Assembly: GCF_006345805.1 (NCBI RefSeq)
Contig: NW_021823897.1
Location: 1-20,596, forward strand
Direction: 5' to 3'
Length of the DNA: 20,596 bases
Origin: Octopus sinensis
Lineage: Eukaryota
In this document: positions 1 to 9,490 of the stretch, one piece after another
Numbering within the stretch: the first letter of the stretch is position 1
Layout of the letters: each line of letters starts with the position of its first letter
The notes under the pieces: model-generated
What the model saw: the letters and a program-made list of their open reading frames with translations, nothing else
Database searches by the model: none
Told to the model about the DNA's origin: nothing
Made by a program: the position numbers and the translations under genes

Positions 1-25
1 TGTGTGTTTGTGTGTTTGAGTGTAT

Positions 26-66
<41 letters not shown>

Positions 67-376
67 CAACACACACACAGACACACACATGCATACACAT
101 GCAAAATTGGGGACTGGAATTCCCTAATTTTGGATTTCTATTCGCATGCACAGCAACCCCTACTGCTAACCGTTAGCTTTAAAAACAATTTTTTCAGCTG
201 ATCGAATTTCGATACAGGAAAAACTTACAACCTTATTCGTCAATAAACCCCTATTGTTCCTGAAAGTTATTTTTTATACCTTCTTCTATAGACTGCTTGA
301 AGCTTACTTACTCCCTACACTTTGATCCTTGGACTTTCCTTTATATATTACTACATACATACATACATACATACAT

Positions 377-597
377 TCTTTACTCTTTACTCTTTTACTT
401 GTTTCAGTCACTTGACTGCGGCTATGCTGGAGCACCGCCTTTAGTCGAGCAAATCGACCCCGGGACTTATTCTTTGTAAGCCTAGTACTTATTCTATCGG
501 TCTCTTTTTGCCGAACCGCTAAGTGACGGGGACGTAAACACACCAGCATCAGTTGTCAAGCGATGGTGGGGGGCCAGAGACAGACACACAAACATAT

Positions 598-636
<39 letters not shown>

Positions 637-824
637 ATATATATATATATATACATATATACGACAGGCTTCTTTCAGTTTCGTCTACCAAATCCACTTA
701 CAAGGCACTGGTCGGCCGGAGGCTATAGCAGAAGACACTTGCCCAAGATGCCACGCAGTGGGACTGAACCCGGAACCATGTGGTTGGTAAGCAAGCTACT
801 TACCACACAGCCACTCCTGCGCCT
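377..824 (-). mobile_element. Composite tRNA-derived SINE: module A (661-824), internal (CA)/(TA) microsatellite, module B (377-573)
   Basis: The reverse complement starts AGGCGCAGGAGTGGCTGTGTGGTAAG (A-box-like), has GGTTCAGTCCC (B-box-like), then CORE-like CTTGGGCAAGTGTCTTC. The same A-microsatellite-B order recurs at 1790-2742 and 5987-6510. Confidence 0.85.
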
Positions 825-1029
825 ACATACATACATACATATAATGCATTTACTAGTGTATAATCCTATGTCCATAGAATTACGCCTTATTCTTTTTAAA
901 GAAATGAAGGACTCAATGGCCAATGTAGTCCAAGGTACTCGAAACAGGCCAGATGGTAACAACTAGTATGTCTGTGATCAGAGAATACCTTAAGCCTTTG
1001 ACTGTCCAGAGCATTTTCCCAAGTTTCTC

Positions 1030-1187
1030 CGAGTGGCTGTGCGGTAAGAAGGTTGCTTACCAACCACATGGTTTCGGGTTCAGTCTCACTGTGTGGCACC
1101 TTGGGTAAGTGTTTTCTATTATACCCTGGGGTCGACCAAGGCCTTGTGAGTGGATTCAGTAGACGGAAACTGAAAGAAGCCCCGTCG
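1030..1187 (+). mobile_element. SINE module A
   Basis: GAGTGGCTGTGCGGTAAG...GGTTCAGTCTC...CACCTTGGGTAAGTG...GAAACTGAAAGAAGCCCCGTCG followed by (TA)n. Aligns by eye to the other A copies. Confidence 0.85.
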
Positions 1188-1222
<35 letters not shown>

Positions 1223-1239
1223 TATATGCTATTAACCAA

Positions 1240-1345
1240 TTTAGGTACCGGGGTTGGCTCAGTACTATATTTTATCGACCCCCGAAAGTAGGAAAGGCAA
1301 ACTTGACTTCGGTAGAGTTTGAACCCAGAATGTAATGATTCATTA
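1240..1345 (-). mobile_element. Degenerate SINE E fragment
   Basis: TATCGACCCCCGAAAGTAGGAAAGGCAAACTTGACTTCGGTAGAGTTTGAACCCAGAATGT matches the reverse complement of the E body. Confidence 0.7.
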
Positions 1346-1351
1346 AGCCGT

Positions 1352-1353
<2 letters not shown>

Positions 1354-1417
<64 letters not shown>

Positions 1418-1464
1418 TGAAATAGAGATAAACAGATAGAGAGAGAATGAGATAGGGATAGATG

Positions 1465-1517
<53 letters not shown>

Positions 1518-1570
1518 AAAATGAGATAGATAGACAGATATTTAGAGAGAGGGAGAGGGAGAGAGAGAAA
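1354..1570. repeat. (AG)n followed by (GATA)n compound microsatellite
   Basis: Pure AG run at about 1354-1414 and GATA run at about 1463-1516, read directly. Confidence 0.95.
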
Positions 1571-1789
1571 GGAAGAATGAGAGAAAATTTGATAGAGAGA
1601 TTAGTGAAACAATTACTAGATATTTCATTAAATGATAAGAAAAATTTATAATTTATCAGCGACAAATTAAAAATTCTTGTGTGATGGTCGTGGGTGGTGT
1701 AGGCTGGAGGAAATGTTGAAATGACAAATCTATGGAATTGGTATAGATTAGAAATCTTGATCTTTCGTACAACCAACCAAAGCCTGTCT

Positions 1790-2439
1790 TGTTTATCTTT
1801 TACTTGTCGCAGTAAATTGGGTTGCGTCCATGCTGGGGCATCGCCTTGAAGTGTCTAGTCGAGCAAAATCGAATGACCTGACCCCAGTAGAAGTCTAGTA
1901 TTTATTCTGTCGGTCACTTTTGCCGAACTGCTAGGTTACGGGAATGTAAGCAAACACTGGTTGTCCAGCGGTGGTGGAGAACACACGCAGGCACAGAAAA
2001 ACACATACCAGTACATAGAAAACACATACATATAATGCATGCATACACACAGACACACACACATACACACACACACACAAACACAAGCACATACAAATAC
2101 ACACGCACACACATGCACACACACACACATATATAGGTGGGAGGACAAGCACTAATACACAAACACACACACAAATATACACGTACACACATGCACACAC
2201 ACACACATATATAGGTGGGAGGACAAGCACTAATACACAAACACACACATACACACGTGTGTGTGCGTGTATATACATATATATTGATGCACACACATAT
2301 ATACGTGTGTGTGTGTATGTGAGTGTATCTATCTATCTATCTGTCTATATGTATACACACACACATATATGTGTGTGTGTGTGGGTGCGTGTGTATACAT
2401 ATATATAGATACACACACACATATATATACGTGTGTGTG

Positions 2440-2500
<61 letters not shown>

Positions 2501-2742
2501 GTATACACACACATATATATGTGTGTGTGGGTGCGTATGTATACATATAGATAAATACACACACACATACGTGTAAGCGTGTGTGATGAGTTTCTTACTC
2601 AGTTTCAATCGACCAAATTTATTCAAAAGGCATTGGTTGACCCATGGCTATATTAGAAGAACTCACCGCACCGTGGGATAGAACCCGACACCACTCGGTT
2701 GCGAAACAAGCTTCGTAACCGCCCACACGGACATGTCCGCAC
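1790..2742 (-). mobile_element. Old composite A+B SINE: B at 1790-1980, expanded internal microsatellite at 1981-2583, degenerate A at 2584-2742
   Basis: B motifs CCATGCTGGGGCATCGCCTTGAAG and TTTGCCGAACTGCTAGGTTACGGG; A motifs CAGTTTC...CCAAATT...AAGGCATTGG...GGCTATATTAGAAGA. Order and orientation match 377-824. Confidence 0.7.
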
Positions 2743-3019
2743 TTACATACCATCACTAAGCTCTTTGACTTTGTTAGTCAAATTTTATTCATGATATTAC
2801 CAAACTTAAATCACGTGAATGTTCAGCTTCGTTAGAAAATAAAATGCTGTCGACTCCATGTACTTTTACGATAGAGCTGGAATGGAAATACAAACAAACA
2901 AAGCAAAACAGAATGGAATAAGAAGCATAAGAAGGCCCCCTACTTCCTACATAAATTGTGCTATTCTTTTCGATTAGTTTCGGTAGTTTGAAAAGAACGC
3001 TTAACTCGGATAAGAGATG

Positions 3020-3440
3020 TTAAATAAAACCGCCACAAGTAAAAACCGACTGAATCTACCTTACACGTCATTCTCATCTCATCGATCTAACAAATTAAAA
3101 CGAAAAGTAGATGGAATATTTCTAACAGCAATAATTAATCTAAACATCGAAAGAATCAACGTATCCAGTATAACCTGCTGCTAGTTTTCACTCTTAAGAA
3201 AAATCACATTCCACCCCACTAACCGCATCTGAATTATTATCTTGTTAAGTATTCTCAAATGAAATTGCATATAATGTATCGCCGCCCAAAGCTAGACCAA
3301 TTTCATTGGTGTACTTGATTTGACGTCAAAACCGTGCGTATCATTCTGAAATCCTTTTTTGCCTGAAGACAGTGTGTCTGTCTATAATGGCGGATTGATT
3401 ATCGTTGCGTTACAGTGTCCGTAAAATGGCGGTTTTATTG
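3020..3440. promoter_or_regulatory. CpG-rich unique segment, candidate promoter with YY1-like AAAATGGCGG (3423-3432)
   Basis: Locally CpG-rich, with ATGGCGG twice on + and a 13-bp inverted repeat at 3023-3035 / 3427-3439. No transcript evidence. Confidence 0.3.
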
Positions 3441-3550
3441 TGTTTTATGTAGTTATTTAACGGAAATTACTGATTCACGAATGGAAAAGAAAGTCAATTT
3501 CCAAAACACGATAACCACTGGTCAGTCTTGACCCTGCATCTGCTCATCTG

Positions 3551-3752
3551 TCTTTTACTGATTTTAGACATTGAGCTGAGGTCATGCTGGGGCACTTCCT
3601 TGAAAAGTTTTAGTCAAGTAAATCGATACCAGTAATTATATATTTTTTCTGTAAGTGTAATACTTATTTTATCGGCCAGTTTGGCCGAACCGCTAAGTAA
3701 TGGGGGAGGGGTTTTAAGAAATCATCAGCAATTATTAAGTAGTGGGGGAGGA
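3551..3752 (-). mobile_element. SINE module B, degenerate
   Basis: GTCATGCTGGGGCACTTCCTTGAA...TTGGCCGAACCGCTAAGTAATGGGG...AGTGGGGGAGGACAAATACAC. Confidence 0.75.
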
Positions 3753-3777
3753 CAAATACACAACACACACACACTTG

Positions 3778-3900
3778 GATCGAATAAATCGGCCCTAGTT
3801 CTTATACTAAGTCTGGCATTTACTCTATCGGTTCTTTTGCCGAGCCGCTAATTTGCGAGGACGTAAACAAAACAACATCGGCTGCTCAGCGGTGGCTGTG
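3778..3900 (-). mobile_element. SINE module B, partial second copy in tandem
   Basis: CTATCGGTTCTTTTGCCGAGCCGCTAATTTGCGAGGACGTAAACAAAAC. Confidence 0.75.
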
Positions 3901-4009
3901 ACACAAACTCAAAAACGCATACACACATGCGCGCTCACACGACACACACAGACGCATTACCGTCCACCAAATTGTATGTATGTATATATATACTTTATGT
4001 ATGTATATA

Positions 4010-4069
<60 letters not shown>

Positions 4070-4088
4070 TAGTATATTTATTTATGCG

Positions 4089-4390
4089 CCCTTTTCAAGC
4101 CTAGCCAGGCTCATGGGCCCGGTTTCCCGGTTTCTGTGGCGTATGTGTCCCTCCCCACCAGCTGGACGGGACGCCAGTCCATCGTAGCGTTACTCAAGAA
4201 ACAGGAAGATTGAGTGAGAGAAAGTTGGGGCGAAAGAGTACAACAGGGGTCGCCACCACACACTGCCAGAGCCTTGTGGGGCTTTAGGTATTTTCGCTCA
4301 GTAAACAGACACAACGCCCGGTCTGGGAATCGAAACCGCGATCCTCCGACCGCGAGTCCGCTGCCCTGACCACTGGGCCATTACGCCTCC
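4089..4390 (-). mobile_element. SINE C (tRNA-Arg-like head), tail type 1
   Basis: Reverse complement GGAGGCGTAATGGCCCAGTGGTCAGGGCAGCGGACTCGCGG...GGTTTCGATTCCCAG carries A and B boxes. About 200 bp is shared with the copies at 16363 and 16814. Confidence 0.85.
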
Positions 4391-4393
4391 ACA

Positions 4394-4437
<44 letters not shown>

Positions 4438-4458
4438 TATATACACAACACACACACA

Positions 4459-4493
<35 letters not shown>

Positions 4494-5213
4494 CATATAT
4501 GCATACATATATATATGTATTAAAACTCTACTCCAGTATTGAGTGCTTATCCCACTACAAGCATACACACACACACACACGCGCACACAAACACACACAC
4601 ACATACACACACACACTCACACATACATTATGTTGCTTCATCTATGCATTTGTAATTGTATGTATAGATAATACTGCCTCATAACACTGTATTCCTCGAT
4701 CCGCACGTTTAAGGAGCTGATGTATTTATACGTCTACGGCATAAACACAGTTCTTCATTTTCATTTTCCTCCTCCCTCAGTCGCTCACTCGCACGAACAC
4801 GCGCTTATATAACCAAAAACAAACGTAAAATATATCGAATATACTTCGATACTGGTAGTTACGAAGTTATGTCGGCTGACAGATAGGCAAAACTCACTTT
4901 GGCCTCCAAATATATGCATAGATACTTTAAACAACTGTCAGAATTTTTTCGTCAGTAATTGCTATATTCACAGTTTATGAAACATATAGTTTATTCCCCT
5001 TCAGCGTTTTTGTTTTTGATATTCGCCTCATCTGATTCGTTTGTTCGCTTCCATTCAATAATGTCGCCATTATATTCTATCTTTGGCACCGACGTGGAGG
5101 GGAAAATCGTGAGTGTTCTGCGAATCAGGGTTTGGTTAATGTGTTTTTTGTTTTTCTTCTCCTTTTTCATTTGTATTGCATCTTTTCATTTGGATTTACC
5201 AACCGCAATTGAA

Positions 5214-5501
5214 ATGGACGTAAGTTCTTCGATATAAAGAAGCGGTCAGGATCTGGAAAACCGTCTTCCATAAAACATTCCAAGAAATATCGATTGGTAT
5301 TGATTCCATAACAATTTTTTTTTTTCGTTTCGTTTTGTGGTATTTCTACAGTTGGAGATTGCCTTGAACTGCACGGCATCTGTTTTACGATTTCCTAGCA
5401 TTCTACAATCTCCTCCAAGACAGTTAAATTATATAATACCGGAACACAGGTCAAGAGATACAAAATTTAAAGATTATTCATGGAATATTGCTACTTTCTG
5501 A
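5214..5501 (+). other. Candidate spliced short ORF: ATG GAC (5214-5219), GT-AG intron (5220-5351), exon from 5352; 51 aa if not spliced further
   Basis: GAAATGG Kozak context, GAC|GTAAGT donor, T-rich tract ending TTTCTACAG|. The joined frame is open: MD-LEIALNCTASVLRFPSILQSPPRQLNYIIPEHRSRDTKFKDYSWNIATF*. No homology recognised. Confidence 0.3.
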
Positions 5502-5986
5502 CCATATTTCTTTAAAACTATTGTGCATATCTTGGACGAGAATAAATCAAAAGGCTACCGTGGAATATCTGGATTTATTCCCGATTTTTCCCCCTCTCGG
5601 TGAATGTTGTGACTAATCAGATTATCACGCATTTTGATTTTGACGTTTATTATTGGCGGATAATGCCCTGATGAGCTGTTTGCTTAAGTGTTACGAAACC
5701 GGCTCGAATATCTTTTAAGTTGAAGGAGCTCTTGTCTAAACAATGCACAGCATATAAATGTCAAACGAAAACAATATCGTATAACTTTTCGCTTTCCGTT
5801 ATAGTCGAATATGATTGGCCAGCATGCCTCAAGTAGTGAATATCATTGGTTATCAGATGGACACAAACCTGTTTAGCTATCACTTGCAATCAAATATAAC
5901 TGGATATCACGTAACATGAATAATGGTTACCTTCACGTGTTATTTCTATTAACGGTGAAGAGATTGCCTCAGAAATGTTAATAACC

Positions 5987-6144
5987 AGGCGCAGGAGTGG
6001 GTGTGTGGTAAGTAGCTTACCGGGTTCAGTCCCACTGCGTGGCACCTTGGGCAAGTGTCTTCTACTAAAACCTCGGGCTGACCAAAGCCTTGTGAGTGGA
6101 TTTGGCAGACGGAAACTGAAAGAAGCCCGTCGTATATATGTATA

Positions 6145-6198
<54 letters not shown>

Positions 6199-6510
6199 AT
6201 ATGTTTGTGTAGACAGAAACTGAAAGAAGTCCGTCGTATATATATATATATATATACACAGACACACACACACACACACACACACATATATGTATATATA
6301 TACACACGTGTGGGTGAGACTTTGTGTCTCCCCCCACCGCCGCTTCACAACTGCTGTTGATGTGTTTGCATCTCCGTAAATTTAATGGCTCGGCTAAAGA
6401 CTACGTACCAGGCTTTTAAAGAAATAACTACTGGGGTCGATTCTTTGGATTAGAAATCCTGCAAGGCGGTGCTCCAGCATGGCTGCAGTCAAATGACCGA
6501 AATTAGTCAA
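5987..6510 (+). mobile_element. Composite A (5987-6133) + microsatellite with duplicated A tail (6211-6240) + B (6325-6510)
   Basis: AGGCGCAGGAGTGGGTGTGTGGTAAG...GAAGCCCGTCG; later CCCCCACCGCCGCTTCACAAC...AAGGCGGTGCTCCAGCATGGCTGCAGTCAAATGACCGAAA. Confidence 0.85.
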
Positions 6511-7107
6511 CAATGTAGAGATAAAGACAACATCAAAACAGTTTGCCTTCTTTCGACCTTTTGGGGAGGAAATCGGATACATGTATTCAAAATTTTTTAT
6601 TGCCCTTTAGCAGCGGAAAGCAGTTTTATAAACCAATCTATTTTTTTATTGAGGAATGTCATTTTTAAAACCATTCCTGGTTTCAAAGATATGTTGAGAT
6701 ATGTTGAGTTGAATGTGGCAGCGTGACTTGCAGATAATTCCATTTCTTTTTTTTTTTTGATACATATTCATCATCATTACTAGAAAAAATAAAAAAGCCA
6801 TGAAATTTAATTTTACAGTCAAAGGGTTAGTTAGGAAAACTGAAACAGGAAACGTGTTCCTAAAAATAAAATATTTCGCCATACACAGGAAATGAATTCT
6901 CTGTACATGAGTTTACAGACAAGTGAACAGATAGATATTGTTAAGGGCCGTTGCGACTCTGAAGCGGTTTCAATTCTCGGTTTCAGACATTTTTTTTGTC
7001 TATATTTTAAGGGACGTGGAAAAGGCATGGGCGTTAAATATTTTCTATATTCATTACTCTTGTTGTATAGGGGTTTAATACCAAATATAAAAGATAATAT
7101 ATATATA

Positions 7108-7253
7108 TTCTTTTATTTGTTTCAGTCATTTGACTGCGGTCATGCTGGAGCGCCGCCTTTAGTGGAACAAATAGGCCCCAGGATTTATTTTTGGAAGCCT
7201 AGTACTTATCCTATCGGTCTTTTTTACCGAACCGCTAAGTTACGGGGACGTAT
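7108..7253 (-). mobile_element. SINE module B, truncated where an E copy begins
   Basis: TTGTTTCAGTCATTTGACTGCGGTCATGCTGGAGCGCCGCC...CCGAACCGCTAAGTTACGGGGACGTA abuts the E head TAAGGCGGCGAGC. Confidence 0.85.
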
Positions 7254-7483
7254 AAGGCGGCGAGCTGGCAGAAACGTTAGCACGTCGGACGAAATGCTTA
7301 GCGGTATTTCGTCTGCCACTACGTTCTGAGTTCAAATTCCGCCGAGGTCGACTTTGCCTTTCATCCTTTCGGGGTCGATTAAATAAGTACCAATTACGCA
7401 CTGGGGTCGATGGAATCGACTTAATCACTTTGTCTTTCCTTGTTTGTCCCCTCTATGTTTAGCATAAGCAATAAAGAAATAAG
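7254..7483 (+). mobile_element. SINE E, full-length monomer, tail type 1
   Basis: Head AAGGCGGCGAGCTGGCAGAAACGTTAGCA, B-box GAGTTCAAATTCC, body GCCTTTCATCCTTTCGGGGTCGA, tail CCCCTCTATGTTTAGC...AATAAAGAAATAAG. Confidence 0.85.
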
Positions 7484-7521
7484 AAGCTTGTCTTGTAACC
7501 TCTGTTTGATTTTAAAAGTCA

Positions 7522-7718
7522 ATGAGGCTGTGAGCTGCACAACACGCTCATTAGCATTTCGTTTGTCGCTTCGTTCCGAGTTCAAATGCCACCGGGATCG
7601 AGTTTGCCATTCATCTCTTCGGGATTGATTAAATAAGTACCAGTTGAACACTGGGGCCGGTCTAATCGACTTGACCCCATCTCCGAAATTTCTGGCCTTG
7701 TGCCAACGTTTGAAACCA
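7522..7718 (+). mobile_element. SINE E, degenerate, tail type 2
   Basis: GAGTTCAAATGCCACCGGGATCGAGTTTGCCATTCATC...CGAAATTTCTGGCCTTGTGCCAACGTTTGAAACC. Confidence 0.75.
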
Positions 7719-8047
7719 GTTTTAAAAGCCATGTCAAAATTGTATAGCTTGTCAGAAGAACATGTACCTGATATGACAATTTACATAAAAATCCCGTGAT
7801 TTGCATCACGCATTAATTAATTAATTAATTGTAATAGCCTTATAAAGAAGGAGCGACATTTTCTCCCAAGTCACTGTGTTTCTTACGCAACGAACAAAAA
7901 TAGCAGAGAAAATTGCCATTGTTAAACATTTACAATGAACGCGAAGCTTGATTATATTCACTGATCTTTGCACGCACGTTCTACCTTAATTGGTTTTCGC
8001 TTCTAAACAGTTCAGCTTTCATTTACTTTCAACCATAGCTATCTTAC

Positions 8048-8176
8048 CTTTTTCAAAAATGCAATAATGCGTTCGGGGAGCAAACATAATGAAGTTATTT
8101 CAAACAGGTGGTGATTGGTAGAAGGAATACGATATCATAGAGAGATATTTCTCAAGACTGTTGGTAATCTTCCTTT
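8048..8176 (-). other. Candidate exon (129 nt), coding status unclear
   Basis: Acceptor TTATTCTCTTCTCAG|AAAG and donor AAAAAG|GTAAGA on the minus strand. All three frames contain a stop. Confidence 0.35.
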
Positions 8177-8730
8177 CTGAGAAGAGAATAATAAACCCAA
8201 ACTTGCTATAATGTAAACACATTTCATATGAATCGAAATTCAGTTTAATGTACATATCATGGTCGATAGTATTGAATGCCAGTTCGATACTGATTCAACA
8301 TTGATCTAACGAGTACATTTTACAGAGGATCTTATTAAACTATGATTGGACAACGTAAGATTTACAACCGTGTTTCGTGGTCTGCTACCTCAACAGCTCC
8401 TTTATAGAATCCAGTTAGCTCAAGACATCATCAGGAGGAACCACGTCCGGTTTCGGCCCCTACTCCTCTACCGTTTTGACGTGGTGGGCCCCGCCCCTTT
8501 CGGAGGTGTCTTCAGCTCTGGTGTTGGGTGCATGTCTTCTTTCTCCTTCTTTCTTCTGTTCCCTGGCCTCTTCGATGTATCGTCAGCGAGTGTCAGCGGG
8601 CGACTGACTGTCTTGTCAAATTTCTCCCTTTAAATACCTGCCGCATACGGTCCTCCTCAGCCTTTTTTCACTTGCGGTACACTTATATATTCTTTTCAAA
8701 ATAGGGGGCGAAAAATTGTATACAGGTTAT

Positions 8731-8798
8731 ACTGCGGCACACCTAGCATCGTCCCGTGGCACGCCAGGATGCCGCGGCATACGGGTTGCGGAGTACTG
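8731..8798 (-). mobile_element. hAT/Charlie-like DNA transposon or MITE terminus relic
   Basis: Reverse complement CAGTACTCCGCAACCCGTATGCCGCGGCATCCTGGCGTGCCACGGGA...GTGTGCCGCAG resembles Charlie-type ends (CAG start, repeated TGCCGCGG subterminal motifs). The other end was not found. Confidence 0.55.
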
Positions 8799-8840
8799 AT
8801 GTAAAATACTTTAAGTATCTAAGTTCCAAGTACGTGTAGT

Positions 8841-9036
8841 GTAAGGAGGTGAGGAGGACCGGCAAAATGCTTAATGGGCCTTACGTTCTGAGTTCAAATT
8901 CCGTCAGGATCAGCTTTGCCTTTCCTCCTTTCGTGGTTGATAAAATAAGTACCAGTTGGATACTGGGGGTCAGCGTAATCGACTACCCCCACCTCCTCTG
9001 AACTTGTTGGTATTGTGCCAACATTTGAGATCAATT
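8841..9036 (+). mobile_element. SINE E, degenerate, tail type 2
   Basis: TACGTTCTGAGTTCAAATTCCGTCAGGATCAGCTTTGCCTTTCCTCCTTTCG...TTGTGCCAACATTTGAGATC. Confidence 0.75.
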
Positions 9037-9071
9037 GCAAGTAAGTGTGTATTAAGCACACACACACACAT

Positions 9072-9207
9072 AGGCGAAGGCGCCGTTGTGTGGTAAGAAG
9101 CTTGCTTCGCAATCGCATGGTTCCGGGTTCACTCTCACTTTGTGGAACCTTGGGAAAGTGTCTTCTACTTTAGCCTCGGGTTGACCAAAGCCTTGTGAGT
9201 GATTTGA
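9072..9207 (+). mobile_element. SINE module A, 3'-truncated
   Basis: TGTGTGGTAAGAAGCTTGCTTC...GGTTCCGGGTTCA...CCTTGGGAAAGTGTCTTCTACTTTAGCCTCGGG. Confidence 0.8.
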
Positions 9208-9361
9208 TATTACACTCCAAGGGCTCTGGGCCCCATCCGGGTCACGATTCCTGTGTACCCTTCTGCTGACACTTGTGTATTTAAACCGCGATTTCATCTA
9301 GTTGAAACTCTTCTCTGTTGCCTCAGCTTTCAAACTTATACTTAAAGAAGAAATAACATTG

Positions 9362-9375
9362 GTTGCTATGGTAAC
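9362..9375. promoter_or_regulatory. RFX X-box-like motif GTTGCTATGGTAAC
   Basis: Exact fit to the 14-bp X-box consensus GTHNYYATRRNAAC. Function is untested. Confidence 0.35.
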
Positions 9376-9377
9376 AG

Positions 9378-9490
9378 TGAAAGGAAAAGTCGATCCTGGC
9401 GGCTTTTGAACCTTGAAAGTAAATCCGGAAGATATGTTGCTACGGATTTTCTCCGTGGTGCTAATGACTGTGTCAGCTCGCCATTGTGGA
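9378..9490 (-). mobile_element. SINE E 5' half, degenerate
   Basis: TGAAAGGAAAAGTCGATCCTGGCGGCTTTTGAACC...GTGCTAATGACTGTGTCAGCTCGCC. Confidence 0.65.

Noticed and set aside
5167-5379. Minus-strand 70-aa ORF (…NRYFLECFMEDGFPDPDRFFISKNLRPF…)
   Set aside because: It has no pyrimidine tract or acceptor on that strand and no recognisable domain. The plus-strand intron explains the composition better.
5666-5706. Hammerhead-like CTGATGAG (5668-5675)...CGAAAC (5694-5699) on +
   Set aside because: Stem II has only the closing G-C pair plus wobbles, and stem I and the GUH site do not form. A lone motif pair like this is plausible by chance in 20 kb.
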